Part shown: piece by piece, positions 52,473-64,000 of the stretch
Numbering within the stretch: the stretch's first letter is position 1
Layout: the number at the start of each line of letters is the position of its first letter
Assembly: GCA_963771465.1 (NCBI GenBank)
Contig: CAVYTU010000015.1
Coordinates: forward strand, 480,001-544,000
DNA: 64,000 bases
Direction of reading: 5' to 3'
DNA from: an uncultured delta proteobacterium
GTDB taxonomy: Bacteria > Desulfobacterota > Binatia > UBA9968
The notes under the pieces: model-generated
Database searches by the model: none
The model's input: the letters and a program-made list of their open reading frames with translations, nothing else
Told to the model about the DNA's origin: nothing
Program-made: the position numbers and the translations under genes

Positions 52473-52488
52473 AGCAAAGCCGATGCCA
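52473..52488 (-). promoter_or_regulatory. sigma54 (-24/-12) promoter
   Basis: Minus strand TGGCAT-CGGCT-TTGCT. Confidence 0.82.
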
Positions 52489-52572
52489 GCCAGCAGCAAC
52501 GAAATGAACACGCTGATCGCCAGACAAGTTGTATATCTTGGCGCAGGAATGAAAGTTCAGAGATTGGGGCTT

Positions 52573-52878
52573 TTACCGAATCAACGTACTAAGGCCTTCG
52601 CGAGTGAGTACGTCGCTCAGGGTCAGACTCATCATGATCAGCAGCCAGAATAATCCGGCGCCGGCGAAGACCCATGTCAGGCGACTGCTGTAGCGAACGT
52701 GCATAAAAAATAGCAGCACCAACAAGGTCTTTACGAGCGCGATGGTTAGCGCGACGATGCTGTTCAGTTCTCCGCCGAGATCAACAAACGCGGCACCAGC
52801 TGTCGCCATGGTCAGCAGCAGTAAAGCGCCGAAGATCGTTGCGTAGAGTTTGATTGAAACAACGTGCGGCGAATTCAT
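52573..52878 (-). CDS. Cytochrome c oxidase subunit IV (caa3 type)
   Basis: IALVKTLLVLLFFMHVRYS; last gene of the oxidase operon. Confidence 0.88.
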   Translation of the reverse strand: MNSPHVVSIKLYATIFGALLLLTMATAGAAFVDLGGELNSIVALTIALVKTLLVLLFFMHVRYSSRLTWVFAGAGLFWLLIMMSLTLSDVLTREGLSTLIR

Positions 52879-53525
52879 CCCGCGTGCCTTCCCACTAGAT
52901 AAAGCAACGGAAACAGGAAAATCCAAATAATGTCGACAAAATGCCAGTACAAGCCGATCATCTCTACTGGCGTGTAATAGCTCCTGGAAAAGCGGCCGCG
53001 CGCTGACTTGACGATGAGGGTCGCGAGCAGGCCCAGTCCGATGATCATGTGCAACGCGTGCATGCCGGTCATGGCAAAATAAAGCGAAAAAAAGAGTTCC
53101 GCAGCGGCCGCGTGCGGTCCCGCAAAAGCAAATGCGCGGCCTGGCACCAGGTGTTCGGCGAATTTGACGTGATACTCGGTAAACTTTATGCCGAGAAAAG
53201 CCGAACCAAGAACAACCGTCAGAGCCAGAAAGATAATCACGATCTTGCCCTGCCCGAGCTGCGCAGCGCGCACTGCAAGAGCCATGGTGAAACTACTGCA
53301 AATCAACACCGCCGTGTTGATGGTGCCGAGCCACACGTCGAGATGATTGCTCGCGCTGGCAAACGCTTGCGGATTGACGCTGCGATAGATCGTGTATCCC
53401 AAGAACATGCCGCCAAAGAACATCACTTCGGTGGCCAAAAATATCCACATGCCGAGCCATGACGCTTCGTGTTGCTGGACGAGATCGTCGAACTGATGGG
53501 CATGAGCCGAAGCGGTTTCAGACAT
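52875..53525 (-). CDS. coxC: Cytochrome c oxidase subunit III
   Basis: [40 protein letters not shown]. Confidence 0.95.
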   Translation of the reverse strand: MSETASAHAHQFDDLVQQHEASWLGMWIFLATEVMFFGGMFLGYTIYRSVNPQAFASASNHLDVWLGTINTAVLICSSFTMALAVRAAQLGQGKIVIIFLALTVVLGSAFLGIKFTEYHVKFAEHLVPGRAFAFAGPHAAAAELFFSLYFAMTGMHALHMIIGLGLLATLIVKSARGRFSRSYYTPVEMIGLYWHFVDIIWIFLFPLLYLVGRHAG

Positions 53526-55161
53526 CGGCCGGCCTCCCCGCAGGATAGGTAATTTCAGGCTCTACACTTTCATAGGCGTAGGCGTCGCACACAACCGTTG
53601 GCGTGACGGCAAAGTTATTTGTCGGTGGCGGCGATGGAGTTTGCCATTCCAACCCGCGCGCCTTCCAAGGATTCATTCCCGCGATCGCGCCGTAGCGCAA
53701 AGACCAAATCAGATAAGCCAGCGGCAGCACGTAGCCGACCCCGAGAATCGATGCACCGGCGGTGGACAACACATTGAGTACCTGAAACTCCGGTGGATAG
53801 ACGTGATAGCGACGCGGCATGCCGAGATAACCGAGTACGAACTGTGGGAAAAAGGTCAGGTTGAAGCCGAGAAAAATAATTACCGCCGCCAACCGCGCTA
53901 GCCGTTCAGGATATTTTCTCCCGGTCATCTTGGGCCACCAGAAATGGACTCCGCCTAGATACGCCATGACCGCGCTACCGACCATGATGTAATGAAAATG
54001 GGCGATCACGAAGTAGGTGTCATGCACATGAACGTCCACGCCCAACGTCGCTAGAAAAAGGCCCGTCAATCCGCCGATGGTAAACAGTCCGATGAATCCC
54101 AGCGCATAGAGCATCGGCGCGTCGAGCGAGATCGAGCCTTTGTATAGCGTCGCCGTCCAATTAAAAACTTTCACGGCCGAGGGGATCGCCACCAACATGC
54201 TGAGGAGAGAGAAAATCATACTGGCATAGACCGACTGCCCGCTGACGAACATATGATGCCCCCAGACCAGAAAGCCCAGCACCGCGATCGCCAGGCTGGA
54301 GAAGGCGACAAAGTCGTAGCCGAAAATTCGCTTGCGGGAAAAACAAGTAATCAACTCGCTGATAACCCCCATCCCCGGCAGGATCATAATGTAGACCGCC
54401 GGATGGGAGTAAAACCAAAAAAGATGTTGGAACAATAATGGATCGCCGCCCAGTTCGGGATTGAAAATCCCCAGGCCAAAAAGCCGCTCCAGAGCTACCA
54501 ACGCAAGCGTGATGGCGATGACCGGAGTGCCTAAGATAAAAATGATGCTGGTGGCATAATGCGCCCAAACGAACAATGGCATCCGGAACCAGGTCATGCC
54601 CGGCGCGCGCATGGTGTGAATCGTTACGATAAAGTTGAGGCCGGTAAGAATCGATGAAAATCCGGTGATGAAGATGCCAACGACGGTGAGCGCAACATGG
54701 GTATTGGAATAAATGCTGCTGTACGGTGTGTAAAAAGTCCAGCCGGTGTCGACGCCGCCCGCCGCCGCCGCGGTCAGCGTAAAGAGACCGCCGAGAACGT
54801 AAATATACCAGCTCGCCAGATTGAGGCGCGGAAACGCCAAGTCCCGCGCCCCAATCATGATCGGAATCAAAAAATTGCCCAACACCGCCGGAATCGACGG
54901 AATGAGAAAAAAGAAAATCATCGTGACGCCGTGCATGGTGAATAATTTGTTATAAGTTTCCGCCTGCACTAAGTCGCCCTGCGGCGTCAGCAATTCCAAA
55001 CGGATCAACATCGCAAACAGCCCACCGATGAAAAAGAAAAAAGTTACGGACAGCAAATACAGCCAGGCGATGCGTTTGTGGTCGGTCGTGAGCAGCCACG
55101 ACTTGAGACCGTAATTGACGTTCAAATAGTGCGGTCGCCGCTCCGCCGTTGCTTCACTCAT
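53518..55161 (-). CDS. coxA: Cytochrome c oxidase subunit I, A2 type
   Basis: [25 protein letters not shown] (A2 YS motif), [22 protein letters not shown]. Confidence 0.97.
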   Translation of the reverse strand: MSEATAERRPHYLNVNYGLKSWLLTTDHKRIAWLYLLSVTFFFFIGGLFAMLIRLELLTPQGDLVQAETYNKLFTMHGVTMIFFFLIPSIPAVLGNFLIPIMIGARDLAFPRLNLASWYIYVLGGLFTLTAAAAGGVDTGWTFYTPYSSIYSNTHVALTVVGIFITGFSSILTGLNFIVTIHTMRAPGMTWFRMPLFVWAHYATSIIFILGTPVIAITLALVALERLFGLGIFNPELGGDPLLFQHLFWFYSHPAVYIMILPGMGVISELITCFSRKRIFGYDFVAFSSLAIAVLGFLVWGHHMFVSGQSVYASMIFSLLSMLVAIPSAVKVFNWTATLYKGSISLDAPMLYALGFIGLFTIGGLTGLFLATLGVDVHVHDTYFVIAHFHYIMVGSAVMAYLGGVHFWWPKMTGRKYPERLARLAAVIIFLGFNLTFFPQFVLGYLGMPRRYHVYPPEFQVLNVLSTAGASILGVGYVLPLAYLIWSLRYGAIAGMNPWKARGLEWQTPSPPPTNNFAVTPTVVCDAYAYESVEPEITYPAGRPADV

Positions 55162-56114
55162 TGTGTTCCTTGCCTCCTTTCTTCCCGCTTGAGAGATTTG
55201 ACGTAGGCAAGGATCTGGGTGATGCCGTCCTCGCTGATTAGCCCCTTGAAGGTCGGCATGATCGGTGCAAAGCCGGCGACGATTTTGGCTTGCGGATTGA
55301 GGATCGATTCGCGGACGTAGTCTTCGTCCGCGGTCACCGACCGCCCGCCGTGCAGCGCCACCTGCTTGCCGATCAAGCCGACGAGAGACGGGCCGCGGCC
55401 GGAGTCGTTGGCCTGGTGACATGCGACGCAACCTAATCTTTGAAAAAGTTTTTCACCGGCGCCAGCCATCGACACGTTAGCGGCGCCACCACCGAGCCAA
55501 GTGGCAAACGCCGCCGGCGCCATGACGATAATCCGGCCGACCATGCCGGAGTGCTGCGTGCCGCAATACTGCGAGCAAAACAATTGAAAGGAACCCGGTT
55601 TGGTCGCTTCGAACCAGACCGTCGTGTAGCGTCCCGGCAGCACGTCCTTCTTGACTCGGAATGCCGGCACAAAAAAATCGTGAATGACATCTTGCGAAGT
55701 CATCACCAGTTTGATCGGCCGCCCTGCCGGGATATGCAATTCATCGATTTCAGACTGTCCTCCGGGATGCTGAACTTTCCACATCCACTGCTTGGCGATA
55801 ATGGTGATCTCCAGCGCATCGCTGGGCGGGTAATTCATCTCAAAAAACAGCCTGGCGCCCCAGACAAACATGACCATGGTCAGTGCCAGTGGAATCGTCG
55901 TCCACAAGATCTCCAGCCGCAAATCGCCCGGAATCGCTTGTGGCCTTTCATCGTCCTGGCGCCTTCGGTATTTGACCGCGAAGGCGACGATGAGGACACA
56001 GATCAAAGTCGCGAAGCACACGCTGACGGCGACGAGAAAAAAGAATAGCTCGTCGACGCGGCCCGCCATGGTTGACGCCTGCTCCGGAAATAGCGGGAAA
56101 CCCAACGTCGACAT
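55158..56114 (-). CDS. coxB: Cytochrome c oxidase subunit II with C-terminal cytochrome c
   Basis: LEILWT, KQWMW, DVIH, Cu[13 protein letters not shown], heme CVACH. Confidence 0.95.
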   Translation of the reverse strand: MSTLGFPLFPEQASTMAGRVDELFFFLVAVSVCFATLICVLIVAFAVKYRRRQDDERPQAIPGDLRLEILWTTIPLALTMVMFVWGARLFFEMNYPPSDALEITIIAKQWMWKVQHPGGQSEIDELHIPAGRPIKLVMTSQDVIHDFFVPAFRVKKDVLPGRYTTVWFEATKPGSFQLFCSQYCGTQHSGMVGRIIVMAPAAFATWLGGGAANVSMAGAGEKLFQRLGCVACHQANDSGRGPSLVGLIGKQVALHGGRSVTADEDYVRESILNPQAKIVAGFAPIMPTFKGLISEDGITQILAYVKSLKREERRQGTQ

Positions 56115-56119
56115 GACCG

Positions 56120-56959
56120 CTACGTCGCTCCCCTGCCCACCGACGCGTGTATGCGCTCGCGCCGCAGCATCGCGAAGATGAATCCACCCAGAGCTAGAAC
56201 CGTGACACCACCGGCGAGCTTGATCACATTGGTGACCAGGAGCCCGTATTTTCCTGTGATGGGATCGTAGTGATAACAAAACAGCAGCAGTTGATCGATC
56301 GGCGAGCCGATCTTACCCGTGGCGGCTTCGATGAGTCCCAAACGCAAATCCCGCGGCGAAAACTCGATACCGTAAAAATAGCGTGCGGTCCTGCCGTCGG
56401 GCGTCAGCAGCACAATCCCGGTGGCGTGAGCGAACGCGCCGGTCTGAGGATCGTAATGGTGGCGAAAGCCGACGGCGCGGCTGAGTCTTTCGATGTTGGC
56501 TTCGTCGCCGGTAAGAAAATGCCAGCCGGATTTCGCCCCAGACCTGGCGTAGCGTTGGACAAAATCCTGCTTCTTAGCCGCCGCCGATGGAGTGTCGTCA
56601 CGAGGGTCGAAACTCACGGTTAAAACATCAAACTGGTTGCCGATCTCGAAAGCGAGGGCGCGCATCGTGCGGACCATGCCGTCCAAAAGCAACGGGCAAA
56701 GGTCGCGGCACTTGTAGTAAACAAAGTTTAGAATAACCGGCTTGCGGCCGAAGTAGCGGTTTATCCCGACAGCCGCACCCGTTTCATCGCGAAACTTGAG
56801 ATCGAGAGGAATTTGCTGGTCCAATTTTTGGTCAAAAGCCACGTCGCGCAACGCCGCCGGTCGGCTGGAATCGTGCGCACCGGAGACGCCGGCCAGTGTC
56901 ACCACGAAGGCCCACGTTAATCCCATGGCTCGCAACCATTTAGCAAATTTAGTCTGCAT
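56120..56959 (-). CDS. SCO-family copper chaperone
   Basis: YYKCRDLC (CxxxC), VSFDP, WHFLTG, AH. Confidence 0.9.
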   Translation of the reverse strand: MQTKFAKWLRAMGLTWAFVVTLAGVSGAHDSSRPAALRDVAFDQKLDQQIPLDLKFRDETGAAVGINRYFGRKPVILNFVYYKCRDLCPLLLDGMVRTMRALAFEIGNQFDVLTVSFDPRDDTPSAAAKKQDFVQRYARSGAKSGWHFLTGDEANIERLSRAVGFRHHYDPQTGAFAHATGIVLLTPDGRTARYFYGIEFSPRDLRLGLIEAATGKIGSPIDQLLLFCYHYDPITGKYGLLVTNVIKLAGGVTVLALGGFIFAMLRRERIHASVGRGAT

Positions 56960-57024
56960 CGAATTCCCAGTCTATGGGCGTTGAAGACAGCGGCAATGCG
57001 CCGACTCGTTCATGTCCAATGGCG

Positions 57025-57474
57025 TCAGCGTATCTTTGTCCCCGTTCGTCGTGGCGGCTGTTTCTCAGCAGCCGCCTTCTCACTCTTTTCCGTTCGCACC
57101 GGTAGTCCTCTGTCGGCGAGAATCTCGATGGCGCGCTCGATCGGAATCCGCACAACGCCATGGTCTCGATCGACCCAGTCGTAGCTAGATAGAATTTTGT
57201 TTTCCTCCGCCCGCATTGCGCTCAATTCGTCACCTGGCCTTTGGGACAATCGCGGCGCCGCCGTCGGCTCACGGCTATAGGACAGCGGGCTTGGCACCGG
57301 CCTTGTTTTGGTTATGCTGGTGTTGAAAAACCCGAATAACCCGTAGGCCGCGACCGCCACCGCGGCTATTATCGCGGCCAGCGCCGCGCCGAACAGCGCG
57401 ATGTTCTTGGGCTGTATATCGCTCAGCTCGTGGCCCGGTGCATCACCGCTGGCCGAAATGTTTTGCTCAGCCAT
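57025..57474 (-). CDS. ActG-like accessory membrane protein of alternative complex III
   Basis: HELSD, one TM helix, YDWVDRDHGVVRIPIERAIE; lies between actF and sco. Confidence 0.7.
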   Translation of the reverse strand: MAEQNISASGDAPGHELSDIQPKNIALFGAALAAIIAAVAVAAYGLFGFFNTSITKTRPVPSPLSYSREPTAAPRLSQRPGDELSAMRAEENKILSSYDWVDRDHGVVRIPIERAIEILADRGLPVRTEKSEKAAAEKQPPRRTGTKIR

Positions 57475-58661
57475 TTTGCGCCAATCCATGTTCTTCGACG
57501 ATAGCGATGAAACGGGGATCGCGGAGCGGCAATAACGGCAGCGTTTTCATTTGCGCTAAGAACGCCGCCAACCAAATGCCGCCCACTCCTATGGGTGCCA
57601 AGAAACGTCAACCCATGAATCGCGAAGCCGTCAGGATGAAATGTCGGCGCGACGAACCAAAACAACTCGATCTGGTGCATGAGCGCAATGCTGAGCGCGA
57701 CGGCGCATAGCGTCGCCGCTTTACGCTTCACCGTTCGCGACAACAGCAAAATAAGCGGCAGGGCGAATTGTAGCGCAATCAGCAGCACTGCGATCACGCC
57801 CCAGCCGCCGTTCGCTCGATGGAGATACCAGGGAATTTCATGTTGGAGATTTTCAACCCAGATGATCAGAAACTGCGAGAAGGACAGGTAGGCCCACAAC
57901 ATTACGAAGGCCAACAGCAGGTTGCCCAAGTCGTTAAACACCCAGGGCGCCAGGATGCGCGAGAACGGCTCACGGCGCGAGAGAAAATAACTCACACTGA
58001 TAATGAAAGCCAAAGCGACCAAGCCGTGACCGACCATGAAGATCATGCCGAAAATCGTTGAATACCAGCGGGGCTCCAGCGACATTAACCAATCGATGGC
58101 GGAAAATGTCACAGTCAGCCCGTACAAGACTAGTCCGGGACCGCTCAGCGTCTGCAGCCGTTGTGTCAACGCCGGATCGCCCGTGCGGTCCTGTTCTTTC
58201 GACCAACGAGAGAGGAGAAAGCCGAGAACGATCCAGATCGCGAAATAAACTGCCGCGCGCGCGATAAAGGCCGGAATATTAAGGTACGCGGCTTTTTGCT
58301 GCAGGATCGGATCGCGCGCGACAACCTCCGGCTGCGCCCATAAAAATAACTCAGGGACGCCGAATAAAAGCGGCACGAAGAGCAATGCCATAACGGGAAA
58401 GGTCCTGATCGACGCCTCCAGCGAGCGCTGGATGACAAATCCCCAAGTTCCGCCGACCAGGTGATGAATCATCAAGATGGCCAAACAACCGAGCGGGATG
58501 CCGAGCCAAAACACATACGCAATCAGGTACGACCGAAAGAATTGTTGGCGGTCGAGAAAGGCCCCGACCAAACAAAGCAGCAGCGCGGCGCCGCCGATGG
58601 CGCCGGATTTTCGTACCGTCGGTTCCAGTTCACGGGTCAGTTGGGTAGCCAAGTCGCTCAT
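57467..58661 (-). CDS. actF: Alternative complex III subunit F, frameshift near the C-terminus
   Basis: Multi-TM protein, HHLVGGTWG, AIDWLMSLEPRWYSTIFG, DLGNLLLAFVMLWAYLSFSQFLIIW. Confidence 0.88.
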
Positions 58662-59257
58662 GGTTTTTTCTCGAGAATCGCGCGACGTTCCGGCTCCGGC
58701 ACATCGCCGACCGCTGCGTTCTGACTCAGCTGCAAGGCGCGGATGTACGCGACGATCATCCAACGGTCGCGCACCGAAATCTCCGCCGCATAGTCCGGCA
58801 TGACACCGAACCCATGTGACATGACATCGAAGAAATGGCCCGGCGGCGCAGCGCGCAAGCGATCGATGTGCAATGACGGCGGCAGCCGATAACCACGCCG
58901 CACGATCATGCCTTGTCCCATGCCGACTCGGTCGTGACACGGCGAGCAAAAAATATCGTAACGCTCCTGGCCGCGCCGCAGGACCTGGCGATCGATCGGA
59001 AATGGAAAGGCGGTGACCGGCTTGCCATCGCTCTTGCCAGTGCGGAACGGCTCGTCGCCTTCCAGTTGGCCGCGCGCGACTGTGCCTTCGACGAGCGGAC
59101 GCGAGGCGCGCTCATCGTCGAACAAACTGCTCTTCTGCAACGGTTCGTAGCGCGGTTGATCGGCCATTTTTTGCTGGCACGAGAGCAAGCAAAAGCAGGC
59201 AATCCACCTGCACCACCGCTGCCGAATATTTGTCACGTTTGGTTTCATCCTCGTCAC
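58658..59257 (-). CDS. actE: Alternative complex III monoheme cytochrome c lipoprotein
   Basis: Lipobox LLSC, MADQPRY, GTVARG, CSPCH, DRWMIVAYIRALQ. Confidence 0.9.
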   Translation of the reverse strand: MTRMKPNVTNIRQRWCRWIACFCLLSCQQKMADQPRYEPLQKSSLFDDERASRPLVEGTVARGQLEGDEPFRTGKSDGKPVTAFPFPIDRQVLRRGQERYDIFCSPCHDRVGMGQGMIVRRGYRLPPSLHIDRLRAAPPGHFFDVMSHGFGVMPDYAAEISVRDRWMIVAYIRALQLSQNAAVGDVPEPERRAILEKKP

Positions 59258-59814
59258 GGCTCGACTTCGTAGACGCCTTGGGCACCGACCGAGGCGAAGA
59301 AGCGGCTCACGCTTTCCGGCTCAAACTTGGGATCGCTCGCTTCGATGCAAAGAAAAAAGCGGCTGCTGCTCGCCAAGGCAAATCGTTCGACGTTAAAAAC
59401 CGGATGATAGGGCATCGGTAAGCCATTGAGCGCTAACACGCCGAAAACCGCCGCCAACGCCGCAACGAGAATGGTCATCTCGAATGTCACTGGAATGAAA
59501 GCGGGCCAACTATTCAAGGGCCGGCCGCCGATGTTGATCGGATAATCGATGACCGCCACCCAATATTGCAGGAAGAAGCCGCCGAGGCAGCCGAGGATAC
59601 CGCCCACCAGGACGATTAAGGGCACTCGCGAACCGTGAATCCCGAGGGCTTCAGCTAAACCTTCCACCGGGAAAGGCGAATAGCCATCCATGCGGCGGAA
59701 GCCTTGGGCAAATGCTCCGCGCGCCGCGGCGAGCAGCGCTTCCGGACTGTCGAACTCGCCCATCAGGCCGTAGAGAGAAGAATTATTCATCGAAGCGCTC
59801 GCGTTCGTGCTCAT
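59254..59814 (-). CDS. actD: Alternative complex III subunit D (DUF3341)
   Basis: GEFDSPE, YSPFPVEG, DYPINIGGRP, FIPVTFE. Confidence 0.9.
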   Translation of the reverse strand: MSTNASASMNNSSLYGLMGEFDSPEALLAAARGAFAQGFRRMDGYSPFPVEGLAEALGIHGSRVPLIVLVGGILGCLGGFFLQYWVAVIDYPINIGGRPLNSWPAFIPVTFEMTILVAALAAVFGVLALNGLPMPYHPVFNVERFALASSSRFFLCIEASDPKFEPESVSRFFASVGAQGVYEVEP

Positions 59815-59819
59815 CTTCT

Positions 59820-61205
59820 TTACTCGCTCCGGGTTTCTTCTTCGTGAACCAATTCGCGCATCTCAAAAATCGAAATCATCGGCAACACCCGTATGAAAAG
59901 AAACAAAAGAGCGACGAAGAGACCCAGGGTGCCCGCGAATACGCCGTAATCGAAGATCGTGCCCGAATACATTCCCCAAGCCGAAGGCATATGATCACGG
60001 TGCAAACTGACAACGACAATGACGTAGCGCTCCAGCCACATGCCGATGTTCACTGAGATGGCAATGACAAAGAGCGCCATCACGTTGGTCTGCAAGGAGC
60101 GAAACCACAGCGCCTGTGGAATCAAAATATTGAAAAGAATAAGCAGCCAGTACATCCAGCCGTAGGGACCGAACATGCGGTTCATCATCATATACTTTTC
60201 AAAAATATCGCCGCTGTACCAAGCCATGAAGGTTTCCATCAGATAGCCATAGGCGACGATCATGCCGGTGGCGAGCATGACCATGCCCATGTTTTTCAGA
60301 TGGCGCATGGTGATCAAGTCTTCGAGCTTGTAGAGTCGGCGCAGCGGAATCGCAATCGTCAGAACCATGGCAAAGCCGGAATAGATTGCCCCGGCGACGA
60401 AATAAGGTGGGAAAATAGTCGAGTGCCAGCCCGGCACCAGCGCCACGGCAAAATCGAAACTGACAACCGTGTGAACGGAAATCACCAGCGGCGTTGCCAG
60501 GCCTGCAAGAAGCAAATAAGCCATCTCGTAGCGGTGCCAGTGCAGCGCCGAACCGCGCCAACCCATCGCCAGCATGCCGTAAATGAAACGCGGGATCCGA
60601 CGGCGCGCCCGGTCGCGCAGCGTGGCGAGGTCGGGAATCAGACCGAGGAACCAAAACAACAACGAGACGGTAAAGTAGGTGGATACCGCAAAGACGTCCC
60701 AAACCAAGGGGCTGCGAAACTGCGGCTGTAGCGCCATGGTGTTCGGATAGGGCAGCAGCCAATAAAAAAACCACGGGCGTCCCAAGTGTATCAGCGGATA
60801 CAATCCAGCGCAGGCGACTGCGAACAGGGTCATCGCTTCGGCGAAACGGTTGATCGACTGGCGCCACTGTCTGCCGCAGCAACAACAGAATCGCGGAGAT
60901 CAGGGTTCCGGCGTGACCAATGCCGATCCACCACACGAAATTAACGATATCGAATCCCCATGCCACCGGGATCATGATGCCGAACAGACCGACGCCGACG
61001 GTAATCACCGCCGCGATGACAAAACAAAAGCACCAACACAAGCATGAAAGAGATCCCGAAACCGACGTACCAAAACTGCGGTGTACGGCCGGGTGAGAAC
61101 GATGGCACTGATCTTGTCGGTGATCGAACCGAAAGTATGCCCCGGCTCGATGACCGGCAAAGAGGCGCCCGTTTCGGCGGATTGATTCTGTGAGTTGGGC
61201 TCCAT
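59820..61205 (-). CDS. actC: Alternative complex III NrfD-like subunit C, frameshifts in the 5' part
   Basis: [73 protein letters not shown]. Confidence 0.92.
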
Positions 61206-61209
61206 TCGA

Positions 61210-64000
61210 TTAGCTCTCGTCGAGCTCCGGATTGGGATTTTTGAGCTTCGCCTGATAGGTGGTTCGCGGCTTGGTGTTCAATTCGGTCAGTAGTCCATAG
61301 TTGAGTGGCTGCGCTTTCAACTTGGCAACGCGACTTTCGCGGTTCATTGATATCGCCAAAGACGATCGCCTGGGTCGGACAGGCTTGCTGGCAAGCCGTG
61401 ACGATTTCGCCGTCGCGCAGCTCGCGGTTTTCTTTTTCGGCGCCGATCTTCGCCTGATTGATGCGCTGCACACAGTAGGTGCATTTTTCCATGACGCCGC
61501 GGGAGCGTACGGTGACGTCAGGATTGCGCGACAGCTTCACGCTCTCGGTCGTGAAATCGCTGTACAGGAAAAAATTGAAGCGGCGGACTTTGTAGGGACA
61601 ATTGTTAGAACAATAGCGGGTGCCGACACAGCGATTGTACACCATGTCGTTCAGCCCTTCCTCGCTATGAGCGGTCGCGCCGACGGGACAAACCAACTCG
61701 CAAGGCGCGTTCTCGCATTGCATGCAGGGCACCGGCTGATGATAGGTTTCCGGATTGTTTAGCTCGCCTTTGAAATAGCGATCGATCCGAATCCAGTGCA
61801 TCTCGCGACCCCGCAAGACTTCTTTCTTGCCCACCACCGGACCGTTGTTTTCGGCCTCACAGGCGACCACGCAGGCATTGCAACCGATGCAGGCGTTAAC
61901 ATCGATGGACATGCCCCACGCATGGTCGTCGTATTTGAAACCCGGATAGAGACTGCGCGGCGCTTCCCGTTCGCCGTCCATGGCGTGGATAAAATCAGGA
62001 TTCTTGCGGTATTCGCTCAATCGTGCCGGCGCGCACCAGCTGACGACCTTCCATCAAATGATGGAACTGTGTGCAGGCGAGCGGATAAGTATCGCCGGCT
62101 TTCCGGAGGCGCAACCCGGCGCCTTGCAAACCCGTCGATGACGTCAAGAGCGCAAACGCATTGAAGCCAACATGGCTCCCCACTTTGCCGGCCCGGGTGC
62201 GTCCATAGCCCAAATCGAGCGTAACGCAGTTGTCGGCATGACCCGGCAATATCCACGCGGGTCCGCGCAGTGTGCGTCCCTGAAAACTCATTTCAACGAC
62301 GTCCGCATGGATTGTGCCGTGCTCGCCGCCGGTGGTACCGACGCGATAGGAAATGCCGAACTTCGCCGCGGTTGCCGGACTCATCACGACGGCGTTATCC
62401 CAGGTCAGCTTGGTGAGTGGCTTGGGTAACTCTTGCAGCCATCCGTTGTTGGCAAATTGGCCGTCGAGAATAGTCGAATCGCAGCGAAAAACGATTTCCA
62501 GAGATCCTTCCGAGCCGGCCGCCGAGCTCTTGGCGCCGGCCGTGGAATTTGAAATCTTGGAGTCAAAGCTGCCAACCGCTTGGACTCGCACCGGCTTTGT
62601 CGCAAATGCCGTGCTGGCGACCACGCCGTCATGCAACCAGCGGCGCCACGAGGCGTCAAAATCGTTGCCACGGTGTTGGAGCCGCCAGTATTCGCGCACA
62701 AGGTCATAGCTTGAGCGTCCCGGATCGCCGGCGACGGCGCCGAGAACTTCATGGGCCGTGCGCCCTCCGTAGAGCGGCGCGATCAAAGGTTGCAGGATCG
62801 TCGCCGTACCATCGAAGGCGCGCACATCGCTCCAGGATTCCAGATAGTGCGCTTGCGGGATATGCCAATGGGACAATGCCGAAGTTTCATCATCGTATAA
62901 CGACAGATGGACGTTAAAGTTCGATTTCACCAAATGGCCCGCGAAATCGAGATCGGCAGGCGCGCTATACGCGGGATTGCCGCCCAACATGATCAGGACT
63001 TGGACCGCGTTGGCTTCCATATCGCGCACCAGATCGCGCAGTGAATCGACTTGCTGGATCGGATTGGCCGCCACCGGTTCTATATGGTTGACGGTCGCGC
63101 CATGGTTGCCCAAAACGTGATTGATCGCGTGAACCAAGGCGTGAACCATGGCCGGCTGCTGATCCCCAGCTACAACGATGACTGCGGCCGCGATGACTTT
63201 GCAGATCACGGATCAAAGCGCGCAGCCATTTTTCTTGCTGCTTAAAAGTTCCCGGATCTCCGCCGGCGACTTGCAAACCTAAACCGATCGCCAGCTGCTT
63301 CGTGAACGACTCGATGGCGCTCGGACTCAGGGCGAATCGGTGATCCGCCATCGCTCCGGTGACGCTCGGCGTGGTTTCCACAACGTAGAGTCGATTCATT
63401 TCGGCGCCGGGTCCGTTGACCCGACGCTTGCCGGCAAAATCATGGGCGTAACGCACACTGGCGGGACCGTAAAATAAGAAATCCGCGCCGATGGACAAGA
63501 CTACGTCTGCGGCATCGAATCGATAAACGGTATCCACCACCTCAGTGAATGCCAGACGCGAGCCTTGACGCACGTTGTCGCTCCCGGCTGGTTGATATTG
63601 ATGCCACTTGGCTTGGGGAAATTTGCCTAGGAGATTCTTGATTTGCTGTGCCAAAGTCGGCGACGTCACGGCTTCGGTTAGGATTCGCAAGCCTGCGCCT
63701 CGGCTCAGTCGTTGCGCTTCGAGTTCGACGTTCAAGGCGGCAAAGAAGGCGTTCCACGTGCTGATGCGACCGGCGTTGTTGATCGCGTGGGAGCGATCCG
63801 GATCGTAGAGGCCGAGCACGGAAGCCTGGGTGAACGCGTCCGTCGCGCCGAGACTCGCCGGATGCTCCGGATTCCCCTCGACCTTGGTCGGACGGCCCAT
63901 ATGACTCTCCGCCAAAACTCCACGGCCGTAACCCTGGAGCGGCATCGCCGTGGCAAAATACAGCGGTCGGCCGGGAATGATCTCTTCGGGTTGTCTGACG
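61210..64000 (-). CDS. actB: Alternative complex III subunit B (MopB-like domain plus Fe-S domain); 5' end outside the window, frameshifted
   Basis: [33 protein letters not shown]; Fe-S motifs [53 protein letters not shown]. Confidence 0.93.

Noticed and set aside
1346-63945. Frameshifts in flhG, both kinases, the dioxygenase, glgE, treY, glgX, treZ, glgB and actB/C/F read as programmed frameshifting or mass pseudogenisation
   Set aside because: They are scattered single-base indels, often at homopolymers, in otherwise well-conserved genes with intact catalytic motifs. Long-read consensus error is the simplest explanation; read polishing would confirm.
1-64000. CRISPR arrays, tRNA/rRNA genes, IS elements, integrases or prophage
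   Set aside because: No regularly spaced repeats, RNA gene signatures or transposase/integrase motifs seen by eye. A tRNAscan or Infernal run would be needed to fully exclude small RNAs.

Overview
A 64 kb, moderately GC-rich bacterial segment. Gene content suggests a deltaproteobacterial lineage such as Ca. Binatia; this is inference only. Many long genes are split by single-base indels, probably long-read assembly errors. Recognisable modules, left to right: (1) a partial flagellar-regulator cassette (flhF remnant, flhG, fliA, FleQ-like AAA+ fragment) with a hybrid kinase and a diguanylate cyclase; (2) an aromatic-catabolism operon (heme-oxygenase-like diiron protein, gentisate-type cupin dioxygenase, dihydroxyphthalate-decarboxylase-like protein, UbiD); (3) many small general-stress genes (CsbD, PRC-barrel, DUF1328, DUF3096, BON, DUF4168, SRPBCC, lipoproteins); (4) a GlrR/NtrC-like sigma54 activator and a CdaA-YbbR diadenylate cyclase; (5) a glgB-treZ-glgX-treY-glgE-treS/mak alpha-glucan/trehalose operon; (6) an orphan sensor kinase and a nucleotidyltransferase + metallophosphoesterase pair; (7) an ExeA-BON ATPase and a degenerate AsnB; (8) an alternative complex III + caa3-type (A2) oxidase operon. 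The strongest unannotated signal is regulatory. At least 15 correctly spaced and oriented sigma54 (-24/-12) promoters precede most transcription units. Most have a shared ~19-bp imperfect palindrome (approx. TGnAGGrAwTTyCCnTACA) about 70-76 and/or 93-98 bp upstream. This suggests a sigma54/enhancer-driven general-stress or dormancy regulon island, possibly autoactivated by the resident activator.
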